A DNA stretch of 64,000 nucleotides from contig OZ024763.1 of assembly GCA_964016885.1 (NCBI GenBank), forward strand, positions 17,980,001 to 18,044,000. The letters are read 5' to 3'. The DNA comes from Eledone cirrhosa. Its lineage: Eukaryota. Of this stretch, positions 37,945 through 50,300 are shown in pieces. Made by a program: the position numbers and the translations under genes. The notes under the pieces were generated by a model. It did no database searches and was not told where the DNA came from. It was given only the letters and a program-made list of their open reading frames with translations. Each line of letters begins with the position of its first letter. Position 1 is the stretch's first letter.

Positions 37945-38919
37945 ATCTATAGTTGGGTATTAAGTGACCGATTTGAGTAACTGATACAACAGATGTAGCT
38001 TGGCCGAATTATTAAGAAGTTCGCTTCGTAATAATGAGGTTCTAGGTTCGAATACACCAGTTAACAAGTGTGTATATGTATATATAAAATTGTTTTCCTA
38101 TGGAAATCGAGGGAGAGGGGGTATTTTTCTATAATAATACAAAAATATATATATATATTTTTTTTGTATTATTATAGAAAAATATCCCCCTCCCTCGATT
38201 TCAATAGGAAAACAATTTTTTTCCTCGGTTTTTCAACTAATCTGACCTCCAAGATGCTTGCAGTCGACTTTTTTTCCCGGAAAATGGAGAACCCCTCTCC
38301 GAAAAAAGCCGAAGAAAAAATTTTTTCCCACTGAAATCGAGGGGAGTGTTTTATAAATTTACCCCTTTTTTAAAATCATAACTTTGGGCAGACCCAAGTT
38401 CTTTTTATTTATATATATATATACGTATATATTATATATATGTGGTATAATAATTGAGTATCGGTGACTTTTAAAAGGACCGTCGGATCGACTGTAACTG
38501 TAATTTAAAGGGTGGGGTTTTTCTCTCATTTTGGTACGGCCTGCGGAATCTCCCAGAGAATTAATTACACTAAGGGTACACACATCACTACATCTGCGGA
38601 ATATTTAGCGTCTTGCACCTTAATTTAAAAAGGTCAGGTGTTTAGCTTGATCGAACAACCACAACACACATTGTCAGTCCATTCATTTAATCTCTCGTTC
38701 AACAATTGTTAATTTTTAGTTAGAAAAATAGAAAGAACAAAAAACGTCAATAATTTGAATACCCCCAAAAAAACCTGTTTTATTGTATTTTATTTTTTCC
38801 GTGTCTTTTGTTTCTGAAATTCAAAAATATAAGAAGAAAATATCAAAGTCTCGAATGTAAAACTTGCCGAGAGGACAAAGAATATTTAAATAATGCATCA
38901 ACGAAGTCAGTTGACTTAC

Positions 38920-38964
38920 CAAAGCTTCTAAGAATTCGACAGATTTTTCTATTTCTCCCGCCAT
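38920..38964 (-). CDS. SKA2: SKA2 (spindle and kinetochore-associated 2) first coding exon
   Basis: ATG GCG GGA GAA...GCT TTG|gtaagt. MAGEIEKSVEFLEAL joins FQKSESDL, as in SKA2 MEAEVDKLELM|FQKAESDL. Confidence 0.85.
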
Positions 38965-39161
38965 CTCCGACGAAGTTAATTGAAAATCGTAAGTTTTGTA
39001 TTGGTCGTTTAAATCAATACATCTAGAGAATATCTGTAAATATAATTGTATATATTAAAACGATATTATATATATATACATATATATTTATAAGTGTGTG
39101 TATATATATACGTAAGTACTTCCTTTATAAACATTAGTCCGTTAAATATTTTATTACACAT

Positions 39162-39216
<55 letters not shown>

Positions 39217-39576
39217 TGTCTGTGTGAATCCCAGGTTCAATGGGGGTAACCACAAGTACTAAGGTACTCAATACATTATCAGAGTGTAAACATGAAGTTT
39301 AATATAAAACTCATTTCTATATTAAACTTGATATATATATATATATGTGTGCGTGTTGAGAAAGAGAATGGTATATAAATCGAAAGACAAAAAGCAGTCA
39401 ATATATTCAACAGGGTTAAATATGTTATATGTTGTTTGTATTGATCGATTTCACTGACAATCACATTTCTAAAAACATCACATGAGAAAGAAAATAACGA
39501 CTGATCGTTATATATATACACACATATATTTATATATTGTTTATTCATATATTCATTTATACTGGACTAGATTTAC

Positions 39577-39780
39577 CTTCGAAATACGATTGAATTCCGT
39601 TAAAAATCCGTGTCTTTCTGACAGTTGAACTATAATAAACAAACGAGATACCTTTAAATCGAACCAAAAAACAAACAAATTCGGTCAGTTATAACGTCAT
39701 TTCAGTAAACCTATAACCGGTGTAACATTTCCTCTTACACCGGTTATTATATTCACTTCGAGGCTCCTCCTTTTCGTTCT
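39577..39780 (-). promoter_or_regulatory. Putative SKA2 promoter / non-coding first exon
   Basis: CpG-containing unique sequence, minus-strand donor AAG|gtaaat at 39577, 13-bp inverted repeat at 39713..39747. Confidence 0.45.
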
Positions 39781-39979
39781 ATTTTAAAGTATTTCAACGA
39801 ATTTTTTTCCTTTTTAATTTGTGTTGGAGGTTGTTTTCTCTATAACTAGGCTATGAGTCAAAAGATCTAGTCTTGGTTTCGATTCTTGCTCGGAACTGTC
39901 TTATGGAAAAAACATGCTAATACTTTTAATAAAACTTGTGAAACTTAAGATTTTACAACGACTTAGCTTGCCCTATAAT

Positions 39980-40275
39980 ATAATTGTTACTACTTTTGGC
40001 ACAAGGCCAGCAATTATTCCAGTGCATTACTGGTACTTTATTTTATCGACCCCGTTAGGACGAAAGGCAAAGCTAACCTAACCTCGGCAGGATTTCAACA
40101 CAGAACATAAAGGATCGTAACTCTATGCGTCAAAGCATGGTATTCGACCCTCTACTGATACTGTCAACCCCAAATAATTGGTTCTATTATAGGCATAAGG
40201 CCAGCATAACCCACAGTACATTATCGGTACTTTATTTTATCGACCCCATAAGGATGAAAGGCAAAGCTAACGAAG
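39980..40275 (-). mobile_element. Meta-domain-like SINE copies
   Basis: Same diagnostic body. Confidence 0.75.
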
Positions 40276-41827
40276 GACGGGGTCCTAAATATTTAATACA
40301 GGGAGTTTGAAAATTTTGGACTAATCCAGATTATCCCTGTAATTTTTAATCAAAAACTCCCTATATCACAATGTTTAAAAATCTAAAAGAAAAACACATG
40401 TAGCAAGGGAGGTAACTCATGTGATAGCGAAATTATCTGTGGAATACTCAACCACTTACAATATAATATAAAATAGGTTGTATATGTAATTCAAACGCTT
40501 AGCCTTGTCATACATTGAGCTCTGATGAATCTCCCTGAGAATTATGTTACAGGTACTCTTGTTAGAGGAATGCTCAGGCACCTACACTATAGTTTCTGAT
40601 TTAGCCACAAGGCCAAACCGTAGCAGCATTTTAAATCAGAACATAAAGGGACGTAACTCTTGACTCCAAAGCATATTGTTCGACGCTCTACTGATTCCTG
40701 CCAAACCACCGTCCTCAGTCACCTGCACTATAATACAAGAGTGACTACCTGTAATTCAAAAAAGGCCTACCGTGTTACACACTGTTACGCCGAATCTCCC
40801 TGAGAATTACAAATAAATACCCAGCCACTTGCACATGCATTTCCCGATCAGGTTGTTCCGTTTATCGGAGGTCCATTCGATGCAGTTGTTACCAGTCAGA
40901 TCTGGGAAGGCGATGGGAGGTTCCGCCAGGTTTAAAAGGCTCGCGACTGGCATACTTTCGACTTCATCAGTGTCAGTGTAATGTCGGATAGAGAAGGAAA
41001 TAAATAATTTTCTATATAGATAATGAACACAACCACAAAGATATGGTCCGAACTCCCACTGTTATCGCCTCCATCTCTCTCGCCCTCCCCATCTCTCTGT
41101 ATGATGAGGAAATGGGGATCACAGCTCAGTTACCATTTGTGTTATAGGTGTTTAGCCCATGGTCATTATGGCTCCAGCAAGATCGTGTTTTTTTAAAGGA
41201 TTCTGAGTAGAACGTTGGATTCGTTTCCGCTCTCTGAGTTCAAATCCTGCTGCAGTCAGCTTTGCCTTTCATCCTTTCGAGGTCGATAAAAATAAAAAAT
41301 GCCAGTCAAGTACTGGGCCGATTCTTCCTCTATATTTCTTTCTCACTTTCTATCCTTCTCTGGAAAGAATTTGCTGATACTATAAACACTTAATTTTATT
41401 CATAGTTGTATAAATAACATTACAAATCGTTTGCAATTCTTTCAGAATGAAAATATAAACAGAGCATATAAATAAATTTACAGTAGAATAACATAACAAA
41501 TATGTTTTAAATATATACATAGACAACATTTTATATATACATAGACAGCATAGTTACGTCCCTTTATGATCTGAGTTCAAATCCCGCCGAGGTTGACTTT
41601 GCCTTTCATCCTCACGGGGTCGATAAAATAAAGTACCAGTAATGCACTGAGTAATTGCTGGCCTTGTGCCTAAAGTAGAAACAATTATAAATAGCTCGCG
41701 ATTCTTTCAGAAAGATATATTCTTTTAATGTTACAATATTAAAGAAAATGTAAAGGAAGGGGGTGAACAACGGAGCCAACACCAGAGCAAAAGACAGCAA
41801 CGTTGCGAGGAGTACTGGGCAACCTCT

Positions 41828-42590
41828 CTAATGATTTTTGAGGCAAGCCAGCACACTCGCAGCGTTGCCTCGGATGATGGCGAGGCTGATGCGCTGAAAC
41901 AGCCAAGCGCCCTCGCGAGATTCGCCAGTTACCTCTATTAGGCGAGCCACCAGTGAAGAGAAGAACCTCGCAGTCAGCGGCCCGACTCCCCCAAACGTCT
42001 CGAAAGCTACAGGCTAAAAAATGTAGCGGGTCTCGTCCTAACCGCAGCATCCTGGATGTGGGAAAGAGCAAAAGAGTCATTAACAGTGACGGCCCAGACA
42101 AGGCACCTGCCTCTCGACTAGGGGCACAGGGTAAGGCCGTCACTTCTGATATTCGCCCGGGCCAAAGCTCTCTTCAGAATGCGGTTTAGCCCCGTGTGAC
42201 GCGCGAAGCGGCCGGCATTCAAGCGGCAAGAAAAGCCGTGGGGGCCTGTGGAGTCGAGGAGAATGCCGCATCGGCACCTCAAACCCATGCAGACGTCAGC
42301 TCCCACTCTGAGGGCGATGGAACACGAAGTTCGTCCAGGCTGAGTAGGCCACCAACGTTGGCCACGGGTAGGGCTTCAACCCAGTCACCTGAGTATTTGG
42401 CGCTGGCTGATAGTAAGCGGCACCTTGCAAACTGATCTGACTGGACGAAGGGGGAGACAAAGGTGGCCTTCGAACTTATGCTGTCCCAAGTTCTCCGGGA
42501 CTTCGACTGTCCTCCACCTTCTCGGGAAGAGACAAGCCCAACTCACTCCATTGCTGAAGAGCTTCACCCAACTCCCTGTTGGAACTAGTC
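41828..42590 (-). mobile_element. Degenerate CRE-like (restriction-like endonuclease) non-LTR retrotransposon 3' fragment
   Basis: GC-rich island with CRCG..DSTGPHGFSC..GRFARHTGLNRILKRALA, SDGLTL and TGESREGAWLFQRISLAIIRGNAASVL, broken by frameshifts. Confidence 0.75.
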
Positions 42591-43165
42591 CATGTTGAAG
42601 AGGAGAGGATGCTGTTCACCAAGGTGGAGCAAGCGTGGGTGGAGGAAAGGAAACAGGGAAGAGAGACCAGGAGAGGAGATAGGTTGTGCCAGGTTTTTAA
42701 AAAAATGCCCTAGAAACACAGTATATCAATACGGCGTCCCTACAACTCTCTCGGGACTTACGGGGACCATACATACATATAAATATATAATTGTTTTTAC
42801 GTTTGGCACAAGGCCAGCAATTACCCCAGTACATTACTAGTACTTTATTTTATCGACCCCGTAAGAATGAAAGGCAAAGTTAACCTCGGCAGGATTTGAA
42901 CTCAGAACGTAAAGGGCCGTAACTCTATGCCACAAAGCATGGTGTCCGGTGCTCTATGCTTTGTGGCACAGAGTTATGGCCCTTTGCGTTCTGAGTTCAA
43001 ATCCCGCCGAAGTTAACTTTGCCTTTCATCCTTACGGGGTTGATAAAATAAAGTACCAGTAATGTACTGGTAATTTCTGGCCATGTGCCAAAAGTAGAAA
43101 CAATTATACATATAAATATAATACCAGTCAAGTACTGAGGTCAATTCTTCCTCTATGTCTCTCTC

Positions 43166-43217
<52 letters not shown>

Positions 43218-43960
43218 TCTCTGGAAAGAATGTGTTGTAGTCAGACCAGGAAAGGCTATGGGCTCCGGTTGGTTTTAAAATGCCCTAGAAATGCACAGTA
43301 TGTCAATACAATGCCCCTGAAACTCCCTCAAGAGTTACAGGACCATACCATACCACTATGGGTCCAACAGGCTCAGGTTTTCAACGATTCTGACTTCCCG
43401 TCAGAAATTACTTGTCTTTCAGATATCTGATAGGGAAGGACGGGTGAGGTGCGACCCAGGAGTTCCCCACCCTCGGCGATTTAATTACAATCGTTCCTGC
43501 GTTTTTAGTGCGTTTTGAACGAATCTGAAATTATTCGGGGTTTTTTGTTTGTTTAGAAACATGGATGGGTTGGTGAAGGTAGCACTCAGTGTTCTCTTAA
43601 CCCTAAACCTAATTATGTATGTATGTAACTCCCGACGACGTTTCTTGGACATTTTAAGCCTGGCGGAGCCCATCCATCTCTAGGCCTAAGTACAGTAGAT
43701 TTCTTCCAGAGAGAGGAAGAATCGACCCAGTACTAGGCTGGTACTTTTTTAAATTTTTTTTATCGAAAGTATGAAAGGCAACTAACTAACCCCAACCCTA
43801 ATCCTACCCCAGATAGGTGTTCTTGGTTCATTTATTCAATCAGACTGAGGCATAGAAAGAGATTCCAGCTGTGACCATTCTCACATCACCTAGTTTCGTT
43901 TTCATTTTGTTTGTCTGGAAGTTCCAACGTGATTCTCTCGAACCGATGACGTTTACAAAG

Positions 43961-44055
43961 TCTCGCGAGAATAGACGAGATCTTTCGGTTAGTTCCGTCT
44001 CTCGTTTTGTTTAGGATTTCACTCGTTTCTACATTTTAGTAATCTTCTTCACAAG
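43961..44055 (+). promoter_or_regulatory. Putative VPS37 promoter and non-coding exon 1
   Basis: Perfect TCTCGCGAGA palindrome (43961..43970) in a CpG-richer non-repeat stretch, followed by donor AAG|gtacgt at 44055. Confidence 0.55.
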
Positions 44056-44147
44056 GTACGTAATGACTGTCTTATATTATATACATTATATATATATACA
44101 TATGTATATATATATATACATATGTATATATACATATGTATGTATAC

Positions 44148-44188
<41 letters not shown>

Positions 44189-44206
44189 CTATGTATGTGT
44201 GCGTGA

Positions 44207-44238
<32 letters not shown>

Positions 44239-44286
44239 TTTTATATGAGTATACAAATAGGTGGACTTTGTATGTATATATATATG

Positions 44287-44327
<41 letters not shown>

Positions 44328-44334
44328 ATATATG

Positions 44335-44371
<37 letters not shown>

Positions 44372-44465
44372 TTATATATACATATATATATATATATATA
44401 AATTTAAGAATTTATAAATTTCCGGTTGGCTGGTTGGTTCCACAACCAGATGATTGTTTATATAT

Positions 44466-44517
<52 letters not shown>

Positions 44518-44643
44518 GTAGGAGGTGAGTTTTATTGTAGTACAATAAAGCAATGCAGATATCGGATAAGAAGCACTCTACAGTTTGTAGGACTGGAGTA
44601 TACATAATATAAGATCAAAAGATGGTTAAAGGAGTTCCATGTA

Positions 44644-44710
44644 TTTTATTATGCGCATTTCAAAAACAAACATCATCATGCAATAATATTTGTGTTTTCA
44701 TCAGATAAAA
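44644..44710 (-). ncRNA. Mirror copy of the hammerhead motif in the left palindrome arm
   Basis: Reverse complement of 44829..44895. Confidence 0.72.
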
Positions 44711-44828
44711 CAGGAGAACATGATATGAAGGCTAAAAAACACTTGTGGATAGTGCAGTTTTAAATCAACATATTAAATCAACTGCACTATCCACAAGTGT
44801 TTTTTAGCCTTCATATCATGTTCTCCTG

Positions 44829-44895
44829 TTTTATCTGATGAAAACACAAATATTATTGCATGATGATGTTTGTTTTTGAAATGCGCATAATAAAA
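44829..44895 (+). ncRNA. Type I hammerhead ribozyme motif (Penelope-like, palindromic stem III)
   Basis: TTTTAT-CTGATGA-[stem II AAA.ACAAATATTATT/GATGATGTTTGT.TTT]-GAAA-TGCGCA-TA^ATAAAA. Confidence 0.75.
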
Positions 44896-45088
44896 TACAT
44901 GGAACTCCTTTAACCATCTTTTGATCTTATATTATATATACTCCAGTCCTACAAACTGTAGAGTGCTTCTTATCCGATATCTGCATTGCTTTATTGTACT
45001 ACAATAAAACTCACCTCCTACATATATATATATATATATATATATATAGACCCATGCTAGCGTGGAAGATGGACGTGAAATGATGATG

Positions 45089-45156
<68 letters not shown>

Positions 45157-45576
45157 GTAGATAAATCTACCAAGAGTTTACGGTAGTATATATTTAATCT
45201 TGATAATTTGTATAATTTTGTATAATTTTGTACATAGATCTGTTGAATATGCATACCAATTCTAACACATATATATCCTAGAAACGATCGTTAAATAATG
45301 AACTTTTTTTGTTTAATATAAGGAATTGTTTATTCATTATTTGTTTAATATTTTATATATATATATATATATATATGTAGGACTCAATACTGATGGGTTG
45401 TGTGTAAAAATAATGTCTTCTATGTAGAAAAGTGGCAGTGACTTCGAACTGTTAGCTTCATCTAACTATATATATATGTATGTATATTTACATTATATAT
45501 ATATATATGTATATATATTTACATTATATATATATGTATATATAAAGTACTTTGTTGTATATATTTAGGTGTGTCG

Positions 45577-45607
<31 letters not shown>

Positions 45608-45655
45608 AATATATCATCCTCATCATTTCACGTCCATCTTCCACGCTAGCATTTG

Positions 45656-45733
<78 letters not shown>

Positions 45734-46765
45734 ATATAAACAATCATCTGGTTGTGGAACCAACCAACCAACCGGAAATTTATAAATTCTTAAATTTATA
45801 TATATATATATATATGTATAAACACACATATATATATATACATACATACATACAAACTCCACCTATTTGTATACTCATATAAAACAGTTTATATATATAT
45901 ATATATTCACGCACACATACATAGATTTTCTTTTTGAATCCAATTTCCTTTACCTTCTCTTGATATTTTAGTATTGTATATACAGGGTGTCCCCAAAAAT
46001 GTATACACACTTCAACAGCATTCTAATAAATATTGCCTATACAGGTAATCAAAATGTGTATACACTTTCGGGGAACACCCTGTGTGTGTGTGTATATATA
46101 TATATATTAAAATAACAGATTAAAGTTTAAGCAAAGAATCGCTGCTTTCACCCTTAACGGGATCTACTGAAACTTGTCGAGAACCTCCTCAGATTTTAGT
46201 CTTTGCATTTATTATTATTACTATATATATATATATATATCGAAGGAAATGTGGTAAGGAACCAGATGGACCATAACGCACCAAAGTACTCAATACTTAG
46301 GGTAGTAGAGTGGGTAATAGGAAAAGTATGACTGACGGCAGAATTAGCCGTCGAAACGGCATATATATAACTATATATATATGAATATACAAAATATATG
46401 CCGTATAGTATATTTTATATACACACATTGTATACCGTGTGTATGTATCCTCGCGTGAATATATATATATATATAATGAGTTTCTGCCTTAAGGCTGAGC
46501 TCTTACTATTTCGACAGTGCGTGTGTCTAACTCTTAGTACCTACACCCTACTTTAGGTATCGAGTACTAGGCTAAACAGCGGTCCTACTAGTCTAAATTG
46601 GTAATTGCTCATATATACAGCGTGTCCCCCCAAAAATGTATCCATACTTTGATTACCTGTACAGACAATATCTATTAGAATGCTGTTGAAGGTTGTATAC
46701 ATTTTTTTTGATCCGCACATATATTGCTTCATATTTCATATACTTTCTCTCGTTATATTAGTGTA

Positions 46766-46806
<41 letters not shown>

Positions 46807-47324
46807 CAGCAACAACACCATCGTCTGTGTTGAATGTGTGTGTATGTATTTGTATATATGCGACAGCAATAACAGCATCAACACCATTGTCTGCAGCAAC
46901 AGCAGCAGTGAAATGAAGGACAACAACAACAGTAACAACTACAGCACCAACAACTGTCACCACCATCACTGACCATCCACCACCACCACGCTGATACCAT
47001 CCACCACCACCACACTGACACCATCCACCACCGCCATTACCAGCGTAAACAAACAATTATTATTGTTATTGTTATTATATACAAGCCGAACTGGACTGGG
47101 AAAGGTCAACAGTTGACATGATAGTGATTTTGACGATTTTGACTTTGATTTTGATTTTGTATCAGAACTGTCGGTAATATATGTATATATATATATGTGT
47201 TTGTGAGTTGTGTGTGTGATTGTATGCATGAATGAGTGTTGGTATGTGTGGTTGTGGTTTGTATGCATGAGTATTAGTGTGTGAGTCGTGTCAATAAGTT
47301 TTTTTTTTTTTTTTTTTTTTTTTT

Positions 47325-50300
47325 AAATGACCATGCTGTAAAATGGAGGGGTAGAGAGGGCCCTTGAGTCTAGTAAGACATCCTCTCTAGTGCTGGTGGC
47401 ACAAATAAAAGCACCCAGTCCATGCTGTAAAGTGGCGCTGGTGTTAGGAAGGGCATCCAACCAGTGTATCAATGCCAAAAAGCTTATCAGCACAGCAACA
47501 AAACAGCATAGAAAAAAATATGAAGACGTCGCATCTCAGAGTTGCAACACTTAATGTTGGCACTCTCAGAGGTAGATCTGCTGAAATAGCGGAGATGCTG
47601 GAGAGAAGGCAGGTGGATGTGTGCTGCGTGCAAGAGGTGAGATGGAGAGGTGCCTCTGCGAGACTAGTCGTAGGCAAGCGTCTTAGCTATAAGCTATTCT
47701 GGGTAGGTAAGGATGATGGGTTAGGGGGAGTAGGCATTTTCCTGGCTGAGAAATGGATCAATAAGACAATAGAGGTAGTTCGAGTTAGTAATCGAATAAT
47801 TAAGCTTAGATTAGTTGTAGGTAGGAGACTACTGACAATCATCTCGGTCTATGCTCCCCAAGCAGGCCTAGGCAAAGATGAGAAAGACTGCTTTTATGAG
47901 CAACTTTTGCAAACAACCACAATGACAGAGGACGGAGACATCGTTATGCTAGCAGGAGACTTCAATGGTCATGTTGGACAGCTCCAGGATGGTTACACTG
48001 GGGTACATGGTGGGCATGGTTACGGTTCAAGAAATGAAGAAGGAGTGAGACTTCTTGAATTTTGTGATGCAAGTACATTGACTATTTGCAACACAAACTT
48101 CCAGAAACCTGCCAATCACCTAATAACCTACAAATCTGGTGAGCACATAAGCCAGATTGACTTCCTGCTAGTTAGGCAGCGGGACAGGCAGATAGTGTCT
48201 AATACCAAGGCATACCCTGGGGAAGAATGTACCCCACAGCATAGGTTAGTTGTTAGTGATATCTCAGTAAGCAAGAGATGGAATGAGCCATATAGGAAGG
48301 TGTGGAGAAGAAAGGTCTGGAAGCTAAAAGACCTTTCACTAAAATTCAAATTTAGGAAAGCCCTTCAAGATGTATATGACGAAAAAGAAGACGATTTAGA
48401 GACGTATGACATAGATAATAACTGGAAGTTCTTACGTGACAACTTGCTGAAGGCTACTGATGAAACTTGTGGCTGGAGCAGAGCCCCAACCAGACAGAGA
48501 GTGACCTGGTGGTGGAACAGCAGTGTAGATAAGGCTATTAGAGACAAAAGACTAGCATGGAAGGCTTGGAATAAGGGTGGGAGTAGGGAAGAATATACAG
48601 CCACTAAGAGAGAAGCTAGACGTCAGGTGTACTTAGCACGCAGGGAGGCAGAGAGTAGGAGGTTTGCCAATGTTCTGCGACGGGAAGATCAGAGGCGTGC
48701 GGTGTTCCACATTGCAAGGCAGTGTGTCAATGCAAATCAGGATGTTGTTGGTGATAAATGTGTCCGGGATGATGCCGGTGTACTTAGTGTCACGAATGAC
48801 CAGAAAAAGGAGGCCTGGAAATGCCATTATGAGAGACTGATGAATGTGGAGAACGAATGGGAGAGAGAGAAATTACCCTTGGTAGATCCGACAGAGGGAC
48901 CAGCTATTGAGATTGACGAATATAGGGTCCAAGAGGCGATTAGGGAAATGAAAAATGGTAAGGCGGCCGGACCATCGGGAATAGTTGCTGAGATGCTGAA
49001 GGCATCAGGGGACGTAGGCACTAAACTGGTTGCACGCATAATCAATCAGGCTATATATGGTGGTGTCATACCCAAAGACTGGTGCAGCAGTATTCTCATA
49101 AATTGCTACAAAGGTAAAGGGGATGCTTTGGAGAGGAGCAATTATAGGGGTATAAAACTGATAGATCAGGTTATGAAAGTGGCAGAAAGGATTTTAGCAC
49201 AACTAATTAGAGAAAGGGTCAAACTAGATGAGATGCAGTTTGGTTTTGTGCCTGGGAAGAGTACAACAGATGCCCTCTTCTTGGTGAGACAAATGCAAGA
49301 GAGGTTCTTAGAGAAGAATAAGCCACTATACTTGGCCTTTGTTGACCTAGAGAAGGCCTTTGATAGGGTACCCCGATCTGTCATCTGGTGGTCCCTAAGG
49401 AAGCTGGGTGTTGAGGAATGGCTTGTAAGGACAGTGCAAACTTTGTACAGAGGTACTCTCAGTAAAGTCAGAGTAGGAATGGAGTTTAGTGAGGAATTCC
49501 AGATACAAGTAGGAGTACATCAGGGTTCGGTCCTCAGCCCGCTCTTGTTCATTATAGTCCTCCAAGCCATAACAGAGGAGTTTAAGACTGGCTGTCCATG
49601 GGAACTTCTCTATGCTGACGATCTGGCTCTTATGGCAGAATCAGTAGAGGAGCTAGAGAATAAATTCCGGCTATGGAAACAGCAGTTGGAAGCAAGAGGA
49701 CTGAGAGTAAATCTAGCTAAGACAAAAGTGTTGATGAGTAGAAAAGAGGACAAAACCCTGATTCCGTCAGGGAAATGGCCATGTTCGATATGCAGAAAAG
49801 GAACTGGCATAAATTCTATAAAATGCACACAATGTAGGTCCTGGGTACACAAGAGATGTAGCGGGATAGCAGGCAAACTAACAGGTAGGGAGAAATATGT
49901 ATGCAGTAGATGTACAGGGAAATTAGACAGTAGAAGTCGCACTGATAGACACATTTTTCAAATGCGAGAGGGCGCTATAGAAGTGGTGGATAGCTTCCGG
50001 TACCTAGGAGATCAGATTAGCATGGGAGGAGGGTGTTCCGAGGCCATAGTATCTAGAATAAGGACGGGTTGGAAGAAGTTTAGGGAGCTGCTTCCTCTGT
50101 TGACGAAGAAGGGTTTCTCCCTGCATACGAAAGGCCGGTTGTATGATGCCTGTGTGAGGAGCGCGATGCTGCATGGTAGTGAGACATGGGCAGCTACCGC
50201 AGAAGATATGCGACGGCTGGAGAGAAATGAGGCAAGCATGCTCCGTTGGATGTGCAGTGTAAATGTGCGTGAACGACCCAGCATAAATGTGTTGAGAGAG

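Larger units (their letters stand above)
44517..45022. repeat. Near-perfect palindrome: 243-bp arms, 20-nt spacer
   Basis: 44517..44759 is the reverse complement of 44780..45022, with one mismatch seen. Confidence 0.95.

Noticed and set aside
43785-43812. Telomere-like ctaaccccaaccctaatcct, and TTAGG motifs in the 53-mer
   Set aside because: Too short and degenerate. The 53-mer derives from a retroelement segment.
44122-47268. Tyr/Ile-rich and Asn/Thr-rich ORFs
   Set aside because: Translations of (TA)n, (CA)n and (CAA)n microsatellites.
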